From: Eledone cirrhosa
Lineage: Eukaryota
Reading direction: 5' to 3'
Assembly (NCBI GenBank): GCA_964016885.1
Contig: OZ024756.1
Location: forward strand, 4,526,001-4,590,000
Length of the DNA stretch: 64,000 nucleotides
Below the pieces are notes generated by a model, which saw nothing but the letters and a program-made list of their open reading frames with translations, was not told the origin of the DNA and did not search any database. Positions within the stretch are counted from its first letter, which is position 1; each line of letters opens with the position of its first letter. This document shows positions 46,501 to 62,140 of this stretch, piece by piece. Position numbers and translations under genes: made by a program.

Positions 46501-49300
46501 ATACTGGAGATATACTGGAGATATACCGTAGATATACTGGAGATATACTGGAGATATACTGGAGATATACTGGAGATATACTGGAGATATACTGGAGATA
46601 TACTGGAGATATACTGGAGATATACTGGAGATATAATGGAGATATAATGGAGATATACTGAGATATACTGGGGATATACTTTAGATATACTGCAGATATA
46701 CTGGAGATATACTGGAGATGTAGTAGAGATAAACTGGAGATAAACTGGAGATATACTGGAGATATACTGGAGATATACTGGAGATATACTGGAGATATAC
46801 TGGAGATATACTGGAGATATACTGGGGATATACTGGGGATATACTGGAGATATACTGGAGATATACTGGAGATATACTGGAGATATACTGGAGATATACT
46901 GGAGATATACTGGAGATATACTGGAGATATACTGGAGATATACTGGAGATATACTGGAGATATACTGAGATATACTGGGGATATACTTTAGATATACTGC
47001 AGATATACTGGAGATATACTGGAGATGTAGTAGAGATAAACTGGAGATAAACTGGAGATATACTGGAGATATACTGGAGATATACTGGAGATATACTGGA
47101 GATATACTGGAGATATACTGGAGATATACTGGGGATATACTGGGGATATACTGGAGATATACTGGAGATATACTGGAGATATACTGGAGATATACTGCAG
47201 ATATACTTGAGATATACTGGAGATATACTGGAGATTTACTGGAGATTTACTGGAGATATACTGGAGATATCCTGGAGATATCCTGGAGATATACTGGAGA
47301 TATACTGGAGATATACTCTAGATGTAGTAGAGATATCCTGGAGATATACTGGAGATATACTGGAGATATACTGGAGATATACTGGAGATGTAGTAGAGAT
47401 AAAATGGAGATATACTGGAAATATACTGGAGATATACTGAGATATACTGGAGATATACCTTAGATATACTTTAGATATACTGCAGATATACTGGAGATAT
47501 ACTGGAGATATACTGGAGATAAACTGGAGATATACTGGAGATAAACTCGAGATATACTGGAGATATACTGGAGATATGCTGGTGATATACTGGAGATATG
47601 CTGGGGTTATGCTGGAGATATACTGGAGATATTCTGGAGATATAATGAGATATAATGAGATATACTGAGATATACTGAGACATACTGGAGATATACTGCA
47701 GATATACTGGAGATATCCTGGAGATACACTGGAGATATACTGGAGATATACTGGAGATATATTGTTGATATACTTAGATATACTGGAGACATACTGGAGA
47801 TATACTGGATATATACTAGAGATATACTGGAGATATACTGGTTATATACTAGAAATATACTGGAGATATACTGGAGATATACTGGAGATATACTGGAGAT
47901 ATACTGGAGATATACTGGAGATATACTGGAGATATGCTGGAGATATCCTGGAGATATACTGTAGATATACTGGAGATATACTGGGGATATACTGGAGATA
48001 TACTGAGATATACTGTAGATATCCGAGAGATATACTGGAGATATACTGGAGATATACTGGAGATATACTGGAGATATACTGGAGATATACTGGAGATATA
48101 CTGGGGATATAATGGAGATATACTGAGATATACTGTAGATATCCGAGAGATAAACTGGAGATATACTGGAGATATGCTGGAGATATACTGGTGATATACT
48201 GGAGATATCCTGGAGATATACTGGAGATATACTGGGGATATAATGGAGATATACTGAGATATACTTTAGATATCCGAGAGATATACTGGAGATATCCTGG
48301 AGATATACAGGAGATATACTGGAGATATCCTGGAGATATACTGGAGATATACTGGAGATATACTGGGGATATAATGGAGATATACTGAGACATACTGTAG
48401 ATATCCGAGAGATATACTGGAGATATGCTGGAGATATACTGGAGATATACTGGAGATATCCTGGAGATATACTGCAGATATACTGGAGATATACTGGGGA
48501 TATAATGGAGATATACTGAGATATACTGTAGATATCCGAGAGACATACTGGAGATATACTGGAGATATACTGGAGATATACTGGAGATATACTGGAGATA
48601 TACCGTAGATATACTGGAGATATACTGGAGATATACTGGAGATATACTGGAGATATACTGGAGATATACTGGAGATATACTGGAGATATACTGGAGATAT
48701 ACTGGAGATATACTGAGATATACTGGGGATATACTTTAGATATACTGCAGATATACTGGAGATATACTGCAGATATACTGGAGATGTAGTAGAGATAAAC
48801 TGGAGATAAACTGGAGATATACTGGAGATATACTGGAGATATACTGGAGATATACTGGAGATATACTGGAGATATACTGGAGAAATACTGGAGATATACT
48901 GGGGATATACTGGAGATATACTGGAGATATACTGGAGATATACTGGAGATATACTGGAGATATACTGCAGATATACTGGAGATATACTGGAGATATACTG
49001 GAGATATACTGGAGATATACTGGAGATATACTGAGATATACTGGGGACATACTTTAGATATACTTTAGATATACTGCAGATATACTTGAGATATACTGGA
49101 GATATACTGGAGATATACTGGAGATTTACTGGAGATTTACTGGAGATATCCTGGAGATATCCTGGAGATATCCTGAAGATATCCTGGAGATATCCTGGAG
49201 ATATACTGGGGATATACTAGAGATATACTGAGATATACTGGAGATATACTGGAGATATACTGGAGATATACTGGAGATATCCTGGAGATATCCTGGAGAT
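43590..49300 (+). repeat. ~2.1-kb module duplicated at offset ~3,588
   Basis: ORF pairs 43883/47471, 44174/47762, 44346/47934 and 44603/48191; markers CTAGATGTAGT and AGAGATAAAAT. Confidence 0.85.
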
Positions 49301-52300
49301 ATACTGGAGATATACTGGAGATATACTGGAGATATACTGGAGATATACTGGAGATGTAGTAGAGATAAACTGGAGATATACTGGAAATATACTGGAGATA
49401 TACTGAGATATACTGGAGATATACCTTAGATATACTTTAGATATACTGCAGATATACTGGAGATATACTGGAGATATACTGGAGATTTACTGGAGATATA
49501 CTGGAGATATACTGGAGATATCCTGGAGATATACTGAAGATATCCTGGAAATATCCTGGAGATATACTGGGGATATACTAGAGATATACTGGAGATATAC
49601 TGGGGATATACTAGAGATATACTGAGATATACTGGAGATTTACTGGAGATATACTGGAGATATACTGGATATATACTGGTGATATCCTGGAGATATCCTG
49701 GAGATACACTGGAGATATACTGGAGATATACTGGAGATATATTGTTGATATACTTAGATATACTGAAGATATACTGGAGATATACTGGATATATACTAGA
49801 GATATACTGGAGATATACTGGTTACATACTAGAGATATACTGGAGATATCCTGGAGATACACTGGACATATACTGGAGATATACTGGAGATATATTGTTG
49901 ATATACTTAGATATACTGGAGATATACTGGAGATATACTGGATATATACTAGAGATATACTGGAGATATACTGGTTATATACTAGAGATATACTGGAGAT
50001 ATACTGGAGATATACTGGAGATATACTGGAGATATACTGGAGATATACTGGAGATATAATGGAGATATACTGAGATATACTGTAGATATCCGAGAGATAT
50101 ACTGGAGATATACTGGAGATATACTGGAGATATACTGGAGATATACTGGAGATATACTGGAGATATACTGGAGATATACTGGAGATATACTGGAGATATA
50201 CTGGAGATATACTGGAGATATACTGGTTATATACTAGAGATATACTGGAGATATACTGGAGATATACTGGAGATATACTGGAGATATACTGGAGATATAC
50301 TGGAGATATACTGGAGATATACTGGAGATATACTGAGATATACTGGGGATATACTGGGGATATACTGGGGATATACTGGAGATATACTGGAGATATACTG
50401 GAGATATACTGGAGATATACTGGAGATATACTGGAGATATACTGGAGATATACTGGAGATATACTGGAGATATACTGGAGATATACTGGAGATATACTGA
50501 GATATACTGGGGATATACTTTAGATATACTTTAGATATACTGTAGATATACTTGAGATATACTGGAGATATACTGGAGATTTACTGGAGATTTACTGGAG
50601 ATATACTGGAGATATCCTGGAGATATCCTGGAGATATACTGGAGATATACTGGAGATATACTCTAGATGTAGTAGAGATATCCTGGAGATATACTGGAGA
50701 TATACTGGAGATATACTGGAGATATACTGGAGATTTACTGGAGATTTACTGGAGATATCCTGGAGATATCCTGGAGATATCCTGAAGATATCCTGGAGAT
50801 ATCCTGGAGATATACTGGGGATATACTAGAGATATACTGAGATATACTGGAGATATACTGGAGATATACTGGAGATATACTGGAGATATCCTGGAGATAT
50901 CCTGGAGATATACTGGAGATATACTGGAGATATACTGGAGATATACTGGAGATATACTGGAGATGTAGTAGAGATAAACTGGAGATATACTGGAAATATA
51001 CTGGAGATATACTGAGATATACTGGAGATATACCTTAGATATACTTTAGATATACTGCAGATATACTGGAGATATACTGGAGATATACTGGAGATTTACT
51101 GGAGATATACTGGAGATATACTGGAGATATCCTGGAGATATACTGAAGATATCCTGGAAATATCCTGGAGATATACTGGGGATATACTAGAGATATACTG
51201 GAGATATACTGGGGATACACTAGAGATATACTGAGATATACTGGAGATTTACTGGAGATATACTGGAGATATACTGGATATATACTGGAGATATCCTGGA
51301 GATATCCTGGAGATACACTGGAGATATACTGGAGATATACTGGAGATATATTGTTGATATACTTAGATATACTGAAGATATACTGGAGATATACTGGATA
51401 TATACTAGAGATATACTGGAGATATACTGGTTACATACTAGAGATATACTGGAGATATCCTGGAGATACACTGGACATATACTGGAGATATACTGGAGAT
51501 ATATTGTTGATATACTTAGATATACTGGAGATATACTGGAGATATACTGGATATATACTAGAGATATACTGGAGATATACTGGTTATATACTAGAGATAT
51601 ACTGGAGATATACTGGAGATATACTGGAGATATACTGGAGATATACTGGAGATATACTGGAGATATAATGGAGATATACTGAGATATACTGTAGATATCC
51701 GAGAGATATACTGGAGATATACTGGAGATATACTGGAGATATACTGGAGATATACTGGAGATATACTGGAGATATACTGGAGATATACTGGAGATATACT
51801 GGAGATATACTGGTTATATACTAGAGATATACTGGAGATATACTGGAGATATACTGGAGATATACTGGAGATATACTGGAGATATACTGGAGATATACTG
51901 GAGATATACTGGAGATATACTGAGATATACTGGGGATATACTGGGGATATACTGGGGATATACTGGAGATATACTGGAGATATACTGGAGATATACTGGA
52001 GATATACTGGAGATATATTGGAGATATACTGGAGATATACTGGAGATATACTGGAGATATACTGGAGATATACTGGAGATATACTGAGATATACTGGGGA
52101 TATACTTTAGATATACTTTAGATATACTGTAGATATACTTGAGATATACTGGAGATAAACTGGAGATTTACTGGAGATTTACTGGAGATATACTGGAGAT
52201 ATCCTGGAGATATCCTGGAGATATACTGGAGATATACTGGAGATATACTCTAGATGTAGTAGAGATATCCTGGAGATATACTGGAGATATACTGGAGATA

Positions 52301-55300
52301 TACTGGAGATATACTGGAGATATACTGGAGATATACTGGAGATATACTGGAGATATACTGGGGATATAATGGAGATATACTGAGATATACTGTAGATATC
52401 CGAGAGATAAACTGGAGATATACTGGAGATATGCTGGAGATATACTGGTGATATACTGGAGATATCCTGGAGATATACTGGAGATATACTGGGGATATAA
52501 TGGAGATATACTGAGATATACTTTAGATATCCGAGAGATATACTGGAGATATCCTGGAGATATACAGGACATATACTGGAGATATCCTGGAGATATACTG
52601 GAGATATACTGAGATATACTGGAGATATACCTTAGATATACTTTAGATATACTGCAGATATACTGGAGATATACTGGAGATATGCTGGTGATATACTGGA
52701 GATATGCTGGGGTTATGCTGGAGATATACTGGAGATATTCTGGAGATATAATGAGATATAATGAGATATACTGAGATATACTGAGACATACTGGAGATAT
52801 ACTGCAGATATACTGGAGATATCCTGGAGATACACTGGAGATATACTGGAGATATACTGGAGATATATTGTTGATATACTTAGATATACTGGAGACATAC
52901 TGGAGATATACTGGATATATACTAGAGATATACTGGAGATATACTGGTTATATACTAGAAATATACTGGAGATATACTGGAGATATACTGGAGATATACT
53001 GGAGATATACTAGAGATATACTGGAGATATACTGGAGATATGCTGGAGATATCCTGGAGATATACTGTAGATATACTGGAGATATACTGGGGATATACTG
53101 GAGATATACTGAGATATACTGTAGATATCCGAGAGATATACTGGAGATATACTGGAGATATACTGGAGATATACTGGAGATATACTGGAGATATACTGGA
53201 GATATACTGGGGATATAATGGAGATATACTGAGATATACTGTAGATATCCGAGAGATAAACTGGAGATATACTGGAGATATGCTGGAGATATACTGGTGA
53301 TATACTGGAGATATCCTGGAGATATACTGGAGATATACTGGGGATATAATGGAGATATACTGAGATATACTTTAGATATCCGAGAGATATACTGGAGATA
53401 TCCTGGAGATATACAGGACATATACTGGAGATATCCTGGAGATATACTGGAGATATACTGGAGATATACTGGGGATATAATGGAGATATACTGAGACATA
53501 CTGTAGATATCCGAGAGATATACTGGAGATATGCTGGAGATATACTGGAGATATACTGGAGATATACTGGAGATATCCTGGAGATATACTGCAGATATAC
53601 TGGAGATATACTGGGGATATAATGGAGATATACTGAGATATACTGTAGATATCCGAGAGACATACTGGAGATATACTGGAGATATACTGGAGATATACTG
53701 GAGATATACTGGAGATATACCGTAGATATACTGGAGATATACTGGAGATATACTGGAGATATACTGGAGATATACTGGAGATATACTGGAGATATACTGG
53801 AGATATACTGGAGATATACTGAGATATACTGGGGATATACTTTAGATATACTGCAGATATACTGGAGATATACTGCAGATATACTGGAGATGTAGTAGAG
53901 ATAAACTGGAGATAAACTGGAGATATACTGGAGATATACTGGAGATATACTGGAGATATACTGGAGATATACTGGAGATATACTGGAGATATACTGGAGA
54001 TATACTGGGGATATACTGGAGATATACTGGAGATATACTGGAGATATACTGGAGATATACTGCAGATATACTGCAGATATACTGGAGATATACTGGAGAT
54101 ATACTGGAGATATACTGGAGATATACTGGAGATATACTGAGATATACTGGGGACATACTTTAGATATACTTTAGATATACTGCAGATATACTTGAGATAT
54201 ACTGGAGATATACTGGAGATATACTGAGATATACTGGGGACATACTTTAGATATACTTTAGATATACTGCAGATATACTTGAGATATACTGGAGATATAC
54301 TGGAGATATACTGGAGATTTACTGGAGATTTACTGGAGATATCCTGGAGATATCCTGGAGATATCCTGAAGATATCCTGGAGATATCCTGGAGATATACT
54401 GGGGATATACTAGAGATATACTGAGATATACTGGAGATATACTGGAGATATACTGGAGATATACTGGAGATATCCTGGAGATATCCTGGAGATATACTGG
54501 AGATATACTGGAGATATACTGGAGATATACTGGAGATATACTGGAGATGTAGTAGAGATAAACTGGAGATATACTGGAAATATACTGGAGATATACTGAG
54601 ATATACTGGAGATATACCTTAGATATACTTTAGATATACTGCAGATATACTGGAGATATACTGGAGATATACTGGAGATTTACTGGAGATATACTGGAGA
54701 TATACTGGAGATATCCTGGAGATATACTGAAGATATCCTGGAAATATCCTGGAGATATACTGGGGATATACTAGAGATATACTGGAGATATACTGGGGAT
54801 ATACTAGAGATATACTGAGATATACTGGAGATTTACTGGAGATATACTGGAGATATACTGGATATATACTGGTGATATCCTGGAGATATCCTGGAGATAC
54901 ACTGGAGATATACTGGAGATATACTGGAGATATATTGTTGATATACTTAGATATACTGAAGATATACTGGAGATATACTGGATATATACTAGAGATATAC
55001 TGGAGATATACTGGTTACATACTAGAGATATACTGGAGATATCCTGGAGATACACTGGACATATACTGGAGATATACTGGAGATATATTGTTGATATACT
55101 TAGATATACTGGAGATATACTGGAGATATACTGGATATATACTAGAGATATACTGGAGATATACTGGTTATATACTAGAGATATACTGGAGATATACTGG
55201 AGATATACTGGAGATATACTGGAGATATACTGGAGATATACTGGAGATATAATGGAGATATACTGAGATATACTGTAGATATCCGAGAGATATACTGGAG

Positions 55301-57500
55301 ATATACTGGAGATATACTGGAGATATACTGGAGATATACTGGAGATATACTGGAGATATACTGGAGATATACTGGAGATATACTGGAGATATACTGGAGA
55401 TATACTGGAGATATACTGGTTATATACTAGAGATATACTGGAGATATACTGGAGATATACTGGAGATATACTGGAGATATACTGGAGATATACTGGAGAT
55501 ATACTGGAGATATACTGGAGATATACTGAGATATACTGGGGATATACTGGGGATATACTGGGGATATACTGGAGATATACTGGAGATATACTGGAGATAT
55601 ACTGGAGATATACTGGAGATATACTGGAGATATACTGGAGATATACTGGAGATATACTGGAGATATACTGGAGATATACTGGAGATATACTGAGATATAC
55701 TGGGGATATACTTTAGATATACTTTAGATATACTGTAGATATACTTGAGATATACTGGAGATATACTGGAGATTTACTGGAGATTTACTGGAGATATACT
55801 GGAGATATCCTGGAGATATCCTGGAGATATACTGGAGATATACTGGAGATATACTCTAGATGTAGTAGAGATATCCTGGAGATATACTGGAGATATACTG
55901 GAGATATACTGGAGATATACTGGAGATTTACTGGAGATTTACTGGAGATATCCTGGAGATATCCTGGAGATATCCTGAAGATATCCTGGAGATATCCTGG
56001 AGATATACTGGGGATATACTAGAGATATACTGAGATATACTGGAGATATACTGGAGATATACTGGAGATATACTGGAGATATCCTGGAGATATCCTGGAG
56101 ATATACTGGAGATATACTGGAGATATACTGGAGATATACTGGAGATATACTGGAGATGTAGTAGAGATAAACTGGAGATATACTGGAAATATACTGGAGA
56201 TATACTGAGATATACTGGAGATATACCTTAGATATACTTTAGATATACTGCAGATATACTGGAGATATACTGGAGATATACTGGAGATTTACTGGAGATA
56301 TACTGGAGATATACTGGAGATATCCTGGAGATATACTGAAGATATCCTGGAAATATCCTGGAGATATACTGGGGATATACTAGAGATATACTGGAGATAT
56401 ACTGGGGATATACTAGAGATATACTGAGATATACTGGAGATTTACTGGAGATATACTGGAGATATACTGGATATATACTGGAGATATCCTGGAGATATCC
56501 TGGAGATACACTGGAGATATACTGGAGATATACTGGAGATATATTGTTGATATACTTAGATATACTGAAGATATACTGGAGATATACTGGATATATACTA
56601 GAGATATACTGGAGATATACTGGTTACATACTAGAGATATACTGGAGATATCCTGGAGATACACTGGACATATACTGGAGATATACTGGAGATATATTGT
56701 TGATATACTTAGATATACTGGAGATATACTGGAGATATACTGGATATATACTAGAGATATACTGGAGATATACTGGTTATATACTAGAGATATACTGGAG
56801 ATATACTGGAGATATACTGGAGATATACTGGAGATATACTGGAGATATACTGGAGATATAATGGAGATATACTGAGATATACTGTAGATATCCGAGAGAT
56901 ATACTGGAGATATACTGGAGATATACTGGAGATATACTGGAGATATACTGGAGATATACTGGAGATATACTGGAGATATACTGGAGATATACTGGAGATA
57001 TACTGGTTATATACTAGAGATATACTGGAGATATACTGGAGATATACTGGAGATATACTGGAGATATACTGGAGATATACTGGAGATATACTGGAGATAT
57101 ACTGGAGATATACTGGAGATATACTGAGATATACTGGGGATATACTGGGGATATACTGGGGATATACTGGAGATATACTGGAGATATACTGGAGATATAC
57201 TGGAGATATACTGGAGATATATTGGAGATATACTGGAGATATACTGGAGATATACTGGAGATATACTGGAGATATACTGGAGATATACTGAGATATACTG
57301 GGGATATACTTTAGATATACTTTAGATATACTGTAGATATACTTGAGATATACTGGAGATAAACTGGAGATTTACTGGAGATTTACTGGAGATATACTGG
57401 AGATATCCTGGAGATATCCTGGAGATATACTGGAGATATACTGGAGATATACTCTAGATGTAGTAGAGATATCCTGGAGATATACTGGAGATATACTGGA
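47560..57500 (+). repeat. ~5.1-5.2-kb duplication, each copy containing an internal 1,609-bp tandem duplication
   Basis: Offsets 5106 (47762/52868, 48736/53842), 5193 (49611/54804, 51220/56413) and 5204 (52139/57343); internal offset 1609 (49611/51220 and 54804/56413). Confidence 0.88.
54139..54300 (+). repeat. 87-bp (8-monomer) local tandem duplication
   Basis: GGGGACATACT-TTAGATATACT-TTAGATATACT-GCAGATATACT-TGAGATATACT at 54149 and 54236; accounts exactly for the 5106 to 5193 offset change. Confidence 0.9.
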
Positions 57501-60500
57501 GATATACTGGAGATATACTGGAGATATACTGGAGATGTAGTAGAGATAAAATGGAGATATACTGGAAATATACTGGAGATATACTGAGATATACTGGAGA
57601 TATACCTTAGATATACTTTAGATATACTGCAGATATACTGGAGATATACTGGAGATATACTGGAGATAAACTGGAGATATACTGGAGATAAACTCGAGAT
57701 ATACTGGAGATATACTGGAGATATGCTGGTGATATACTGGAGATATGCTGGGGTTATGCTGGAGATATACTGGAGATATTCTGGAGATATAATGAGATAT
57801 AATGAGATATACTGAGATATACTGAGACATACTGGAGATATACTGCAGATATACTGGAGATATCCTGGAGATACACTGGAGATATACTGGAGATATACTG
57901 GAGATATATTGTTGATATACTTAGATATACTGGAGACATACTGGAGATATACTGGATATATACTAGAGATATACTGGAGATATACTGGTTATATACTAGA
58001 AATATACTGGAGATATACTGGAGATATACTGGAGATATACTGGAGATATACTAGAGATATACTGGAGATATACTGGAGATATGCTGGAGATATCCTGGAG
58101 ATATACTGTAGATATACTGGAGATATACTGGGGATATACTGGAGATATACTGAGATATACTGTAGATATCCGAGAGATATACTGGAGATATACTGGAGAT
58201 ATACTGGAGATATACTGGAGATATACTGGAGATATACTGGAGATATACTGGGGATATAATGGAGATATACTGAGATATACTGTAGATATCCGAGAGATAA
58301 ACTGGAGATATACTGGAGATATGCTGGAGATATACTGGTGATATACTGGAGATATCCTGGAGATATACTGGAGATATACTGGGGATATAATGGAGATATA
58401 CTGAGATATACTTTAGATATCCGAGAGATATACTGGAGATATCCTGGAGATATACAGGACATATACTGGAGATATCCTGGAGATATACTGGAGATATACT
58501 GGAGATATACTGGGGATATAATGGAGATATACTGAGACATACTGTAGATATCCGAGAGATATACTGGAGATATGCTGGAGATATACTGGAGATATACTGG
58601 AGATATACTGGAGATATCCTGGAGATATACTGCAGATATACTGGAGATATACTGGGGATATAATGGAGATATACTGAGATATACTGTAGATATCCGAGAG
58701 ACATACTGGAGATATACTGGAGATATACTGGAGATATACTGGAGATATACTGGAGATATACCGTAGATATACTGGAGATATACTGGAGATATACTGGAGA
58801 TATACTGGAGATATACTGGAGATATACTGGAGATATACTGGAGATATACTGGAGATATACTGAGATATACTGGGGATATACTTTAGATATACTGCAGATA
58901 TACTGGAGATATACTGCAGATATACTGGAGATGTAGTAGAGATAAACTGGAGATAAACTGGAGATATACTGGAGATATACTGGAGATATACTGGAGATAT
59001 ACTGGAGATATACTGGAGATATACTGGAGATATACTGGAGATATACTGGGGATATACTGGAGATATACTGGAGATATACTGGAGATATACTGGAGATATA
59101 CTGCAGATATACTGCAGATATACTGGAGATATACTGGAGATATACTGGAGATATACTGGAGATATACTGGAGATATACTGAGATATACTGGGGACATACT
59201 TTAGATATACTTTAGATATACTGCAGATATACTTGAGATATACCGGAGATATACTGGAGATATACTGGAGATTTACTGGAGATTTACTGGAGATATCCTG
59301 GAGATATCCTGGAGATATCCTGAAGATATCCTGGAGATATCCTGGAGATATACTGGGGATATACTAGAGATATACTGAGATATACTGGAGATATACTGGA
59401 GATATACTGGAGATATACTGGAGATATCCTGGAGATATCCTGGAGATATACTGGAGATATACTGGAGATATACTGGAGATATACTGGAGATATACTGGAG
59501 ATGTAGTAGAGATAAACTGGAGATATACTGGAAATATACTGGAGATATACTGAGATATACTGGAGATATACCTTAGATATACTTTAGATATACTGCAGAT
59601 ATACTGGAGATATACTGGAGATATACTGGAGATTTACTGGAGATATACTGGAGATATACTGGAGATATACTGGAGATATACTGGAGATATACTGGAGATA
59701 TATTGGAGATATACTGGAGATATACTGGAGATATACTGGAGATATACTGGAGATATACTGGAGATATACTGAGATATACTGGGGATATACTTTAGATATA
59801 CTTTAGATATACTGTAGATATACTTGAGATATACTGGAGATAAACTGGAGATTTACTGGAGATTTACTGGAGATATACTGGAGATATCCTGGAGATATCC
59901 TGGAGATATACTGGAGATATACTGGAGATATACTCTAGATGTAGTAGAGATATCCTGGAGATATACTGGAGATATACTGGAGATATACTGGAGATATACT
60001 GGAGATATACTGGAGATGTAGTAGAGATAAAATGGAGATATACTGGAAATATACTGGAGATATACTGAGATATACTGGAGATATACCTTAGATATACTTT
60101 AGATATACTGCAGATATACTGGAGATATACTGGAGATATACTGGAGATAAACTGGAGATATACTGGAGATAAACTCGAGATATACTGGAGATATACTGGA
60201 GATATGCTGGTGATATACTGGAGATATGCTGGGGTTATGCTGGAGATATACTGGAGATATTCTGGAGATATAATGAGATATAATGAGATATACTGAGATA
60301 TACTGAGACATACTGGAGATATACTGCAGATATACTGGAGATATCCTGGAGATACACTGGAGATATACTGGAGATATACTGGAGATATATTGTTGATATA
60401 CTTAGATATACTGGAGACATACTGGAGATATACTGGATATATACTAGAGATATACTGGAGATATACTGGTTATATACTAGAAATATACTGGAGATATACT

Positions 60501-62140
60501 GGAGATATACTGGAGATATACTGGAGATATACTAGAGATATACTGGAGATATACTGGAGATATGCTGGAGATATCCTGGAGATATACTGTAGATATACTG
60601 GAGATATACTGGGGATATACTGGAGATATACTGAGATATACTGTAGATATCCGAGAGATATACTGGAGATATACTGGAGATATACTGGAGATATACTGGA
60701 GATATACTGGAGATATACTGGAGATATACTGGGGATATAATGGAGATATACTGAGATATACTGTAGATATCCGAGAGATAAACTGGAGATATACTGGAGA
60801 TATGCTGGAGATATACTGGTGATATACTGGAGATATCCTGGAGATATACTGGAGATATACTGGGGATATAATGGAGATATACTGAGATATACTTTAGATA
60901 TCCGAGAGATATACTGGAGATATCCTGGAGATATACAGGACATATACTGGAGATATCCTGGAGATATACTGGAGATATACTGGAGATATACTGGGGATAT
61001 AATGGAGATATACTGAGACATACTGTAGATATCCGAGAGATATACTGGAGATATGCTGGAGATATACTGGAGATATACTGGAGATATACTGGAGATATCC
61101 TGGAGATATACTGCAGATATACTGGAGATATACTGGGGATATAATGGAGATATACTGAGATATACTGTAGATATCCGAGAGACATACTGGAGATATACTG
61201 GAGATATACTGGAGATATACTGGAGATATACTGGAGATATACCGTAGATATACTGGAGATATACTGGAGATATACTGGAGATATACTGGAGATATACTGG
61301 AGATATACTGGAGATATACTGGAGATATACTGGAGATATACTGAGATATACTGGGGATATACTTTAGATATACTGCAGATATACTGGAGATATACTGCAG
61401 ATATACTGGAGATGTAGTAGAGATAAACTGGAGATAAACTGGAGATATACTGGAGATATACTGGAGATATACTGGAGATATACTGGAGATATACTGGAGA
61501 TATACTGGAGATATACTGGAGATATACTGGGGATATACTGGAGATATACTGGAGATATACTGGAGATATACTGGAGATATACTGCAGATATACTGCAGAT
61601 ATACTGGAGATATACTGGAGATATACTGGAGATATACTGGAGATATACTGGAGATATACTGAGATATACTGGGGACATACTTTAGATATACTTTAGATAT
61701 ACTGCAGATATACTTGAGATATACCGGAGATATACTGGAGATATACTGGAGATTTACTGGAGATTTACTGGAGATATCCTGGAGATATCCTGGAGATATC
61801 CTGAAGATATCCTGGAGATATCCTGGAGATATACTGGGGATATACTAGAGATATACTGAGATATACTGGAGATATACTGGAGATATACTGGAGATATACT
61901 GGAGATATCCTGGAGATATCCTGGAGATATACTGGAGATATACTGGAGATATACTGGAGATATACTGGAGATATACTGGAGATGTAGTAGAGATAAACTG
62001 GAGATATACTGGAAATATACTGGAGATATACTGAGATATACTGGAGATATACCTTAGATATACTTTAGATATACTGCAGATATACTGGAGATATACTGGA
62101 GATATACTGGAGATTTACTGGAGATATACTGGAGATATAC
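57190..62140 (+). repeat. 2,481-bp near-perfect tandem duplication
   Basis: Ten ORF entries from 57343/59824 to 58883/61364 are identical at offset 2481; both copies carry the variant GATATACCGG (59244/61725). Confidence 0.92.

Noticed and set aside
50340-50375. G-quadruplex potential at (GGGGATATACT)3
   Set aside because: There are at most three consecutive G4 tracts; the four closely spaced G3+ tracts needed for a canonical intramolecular quadruplex were not seen.
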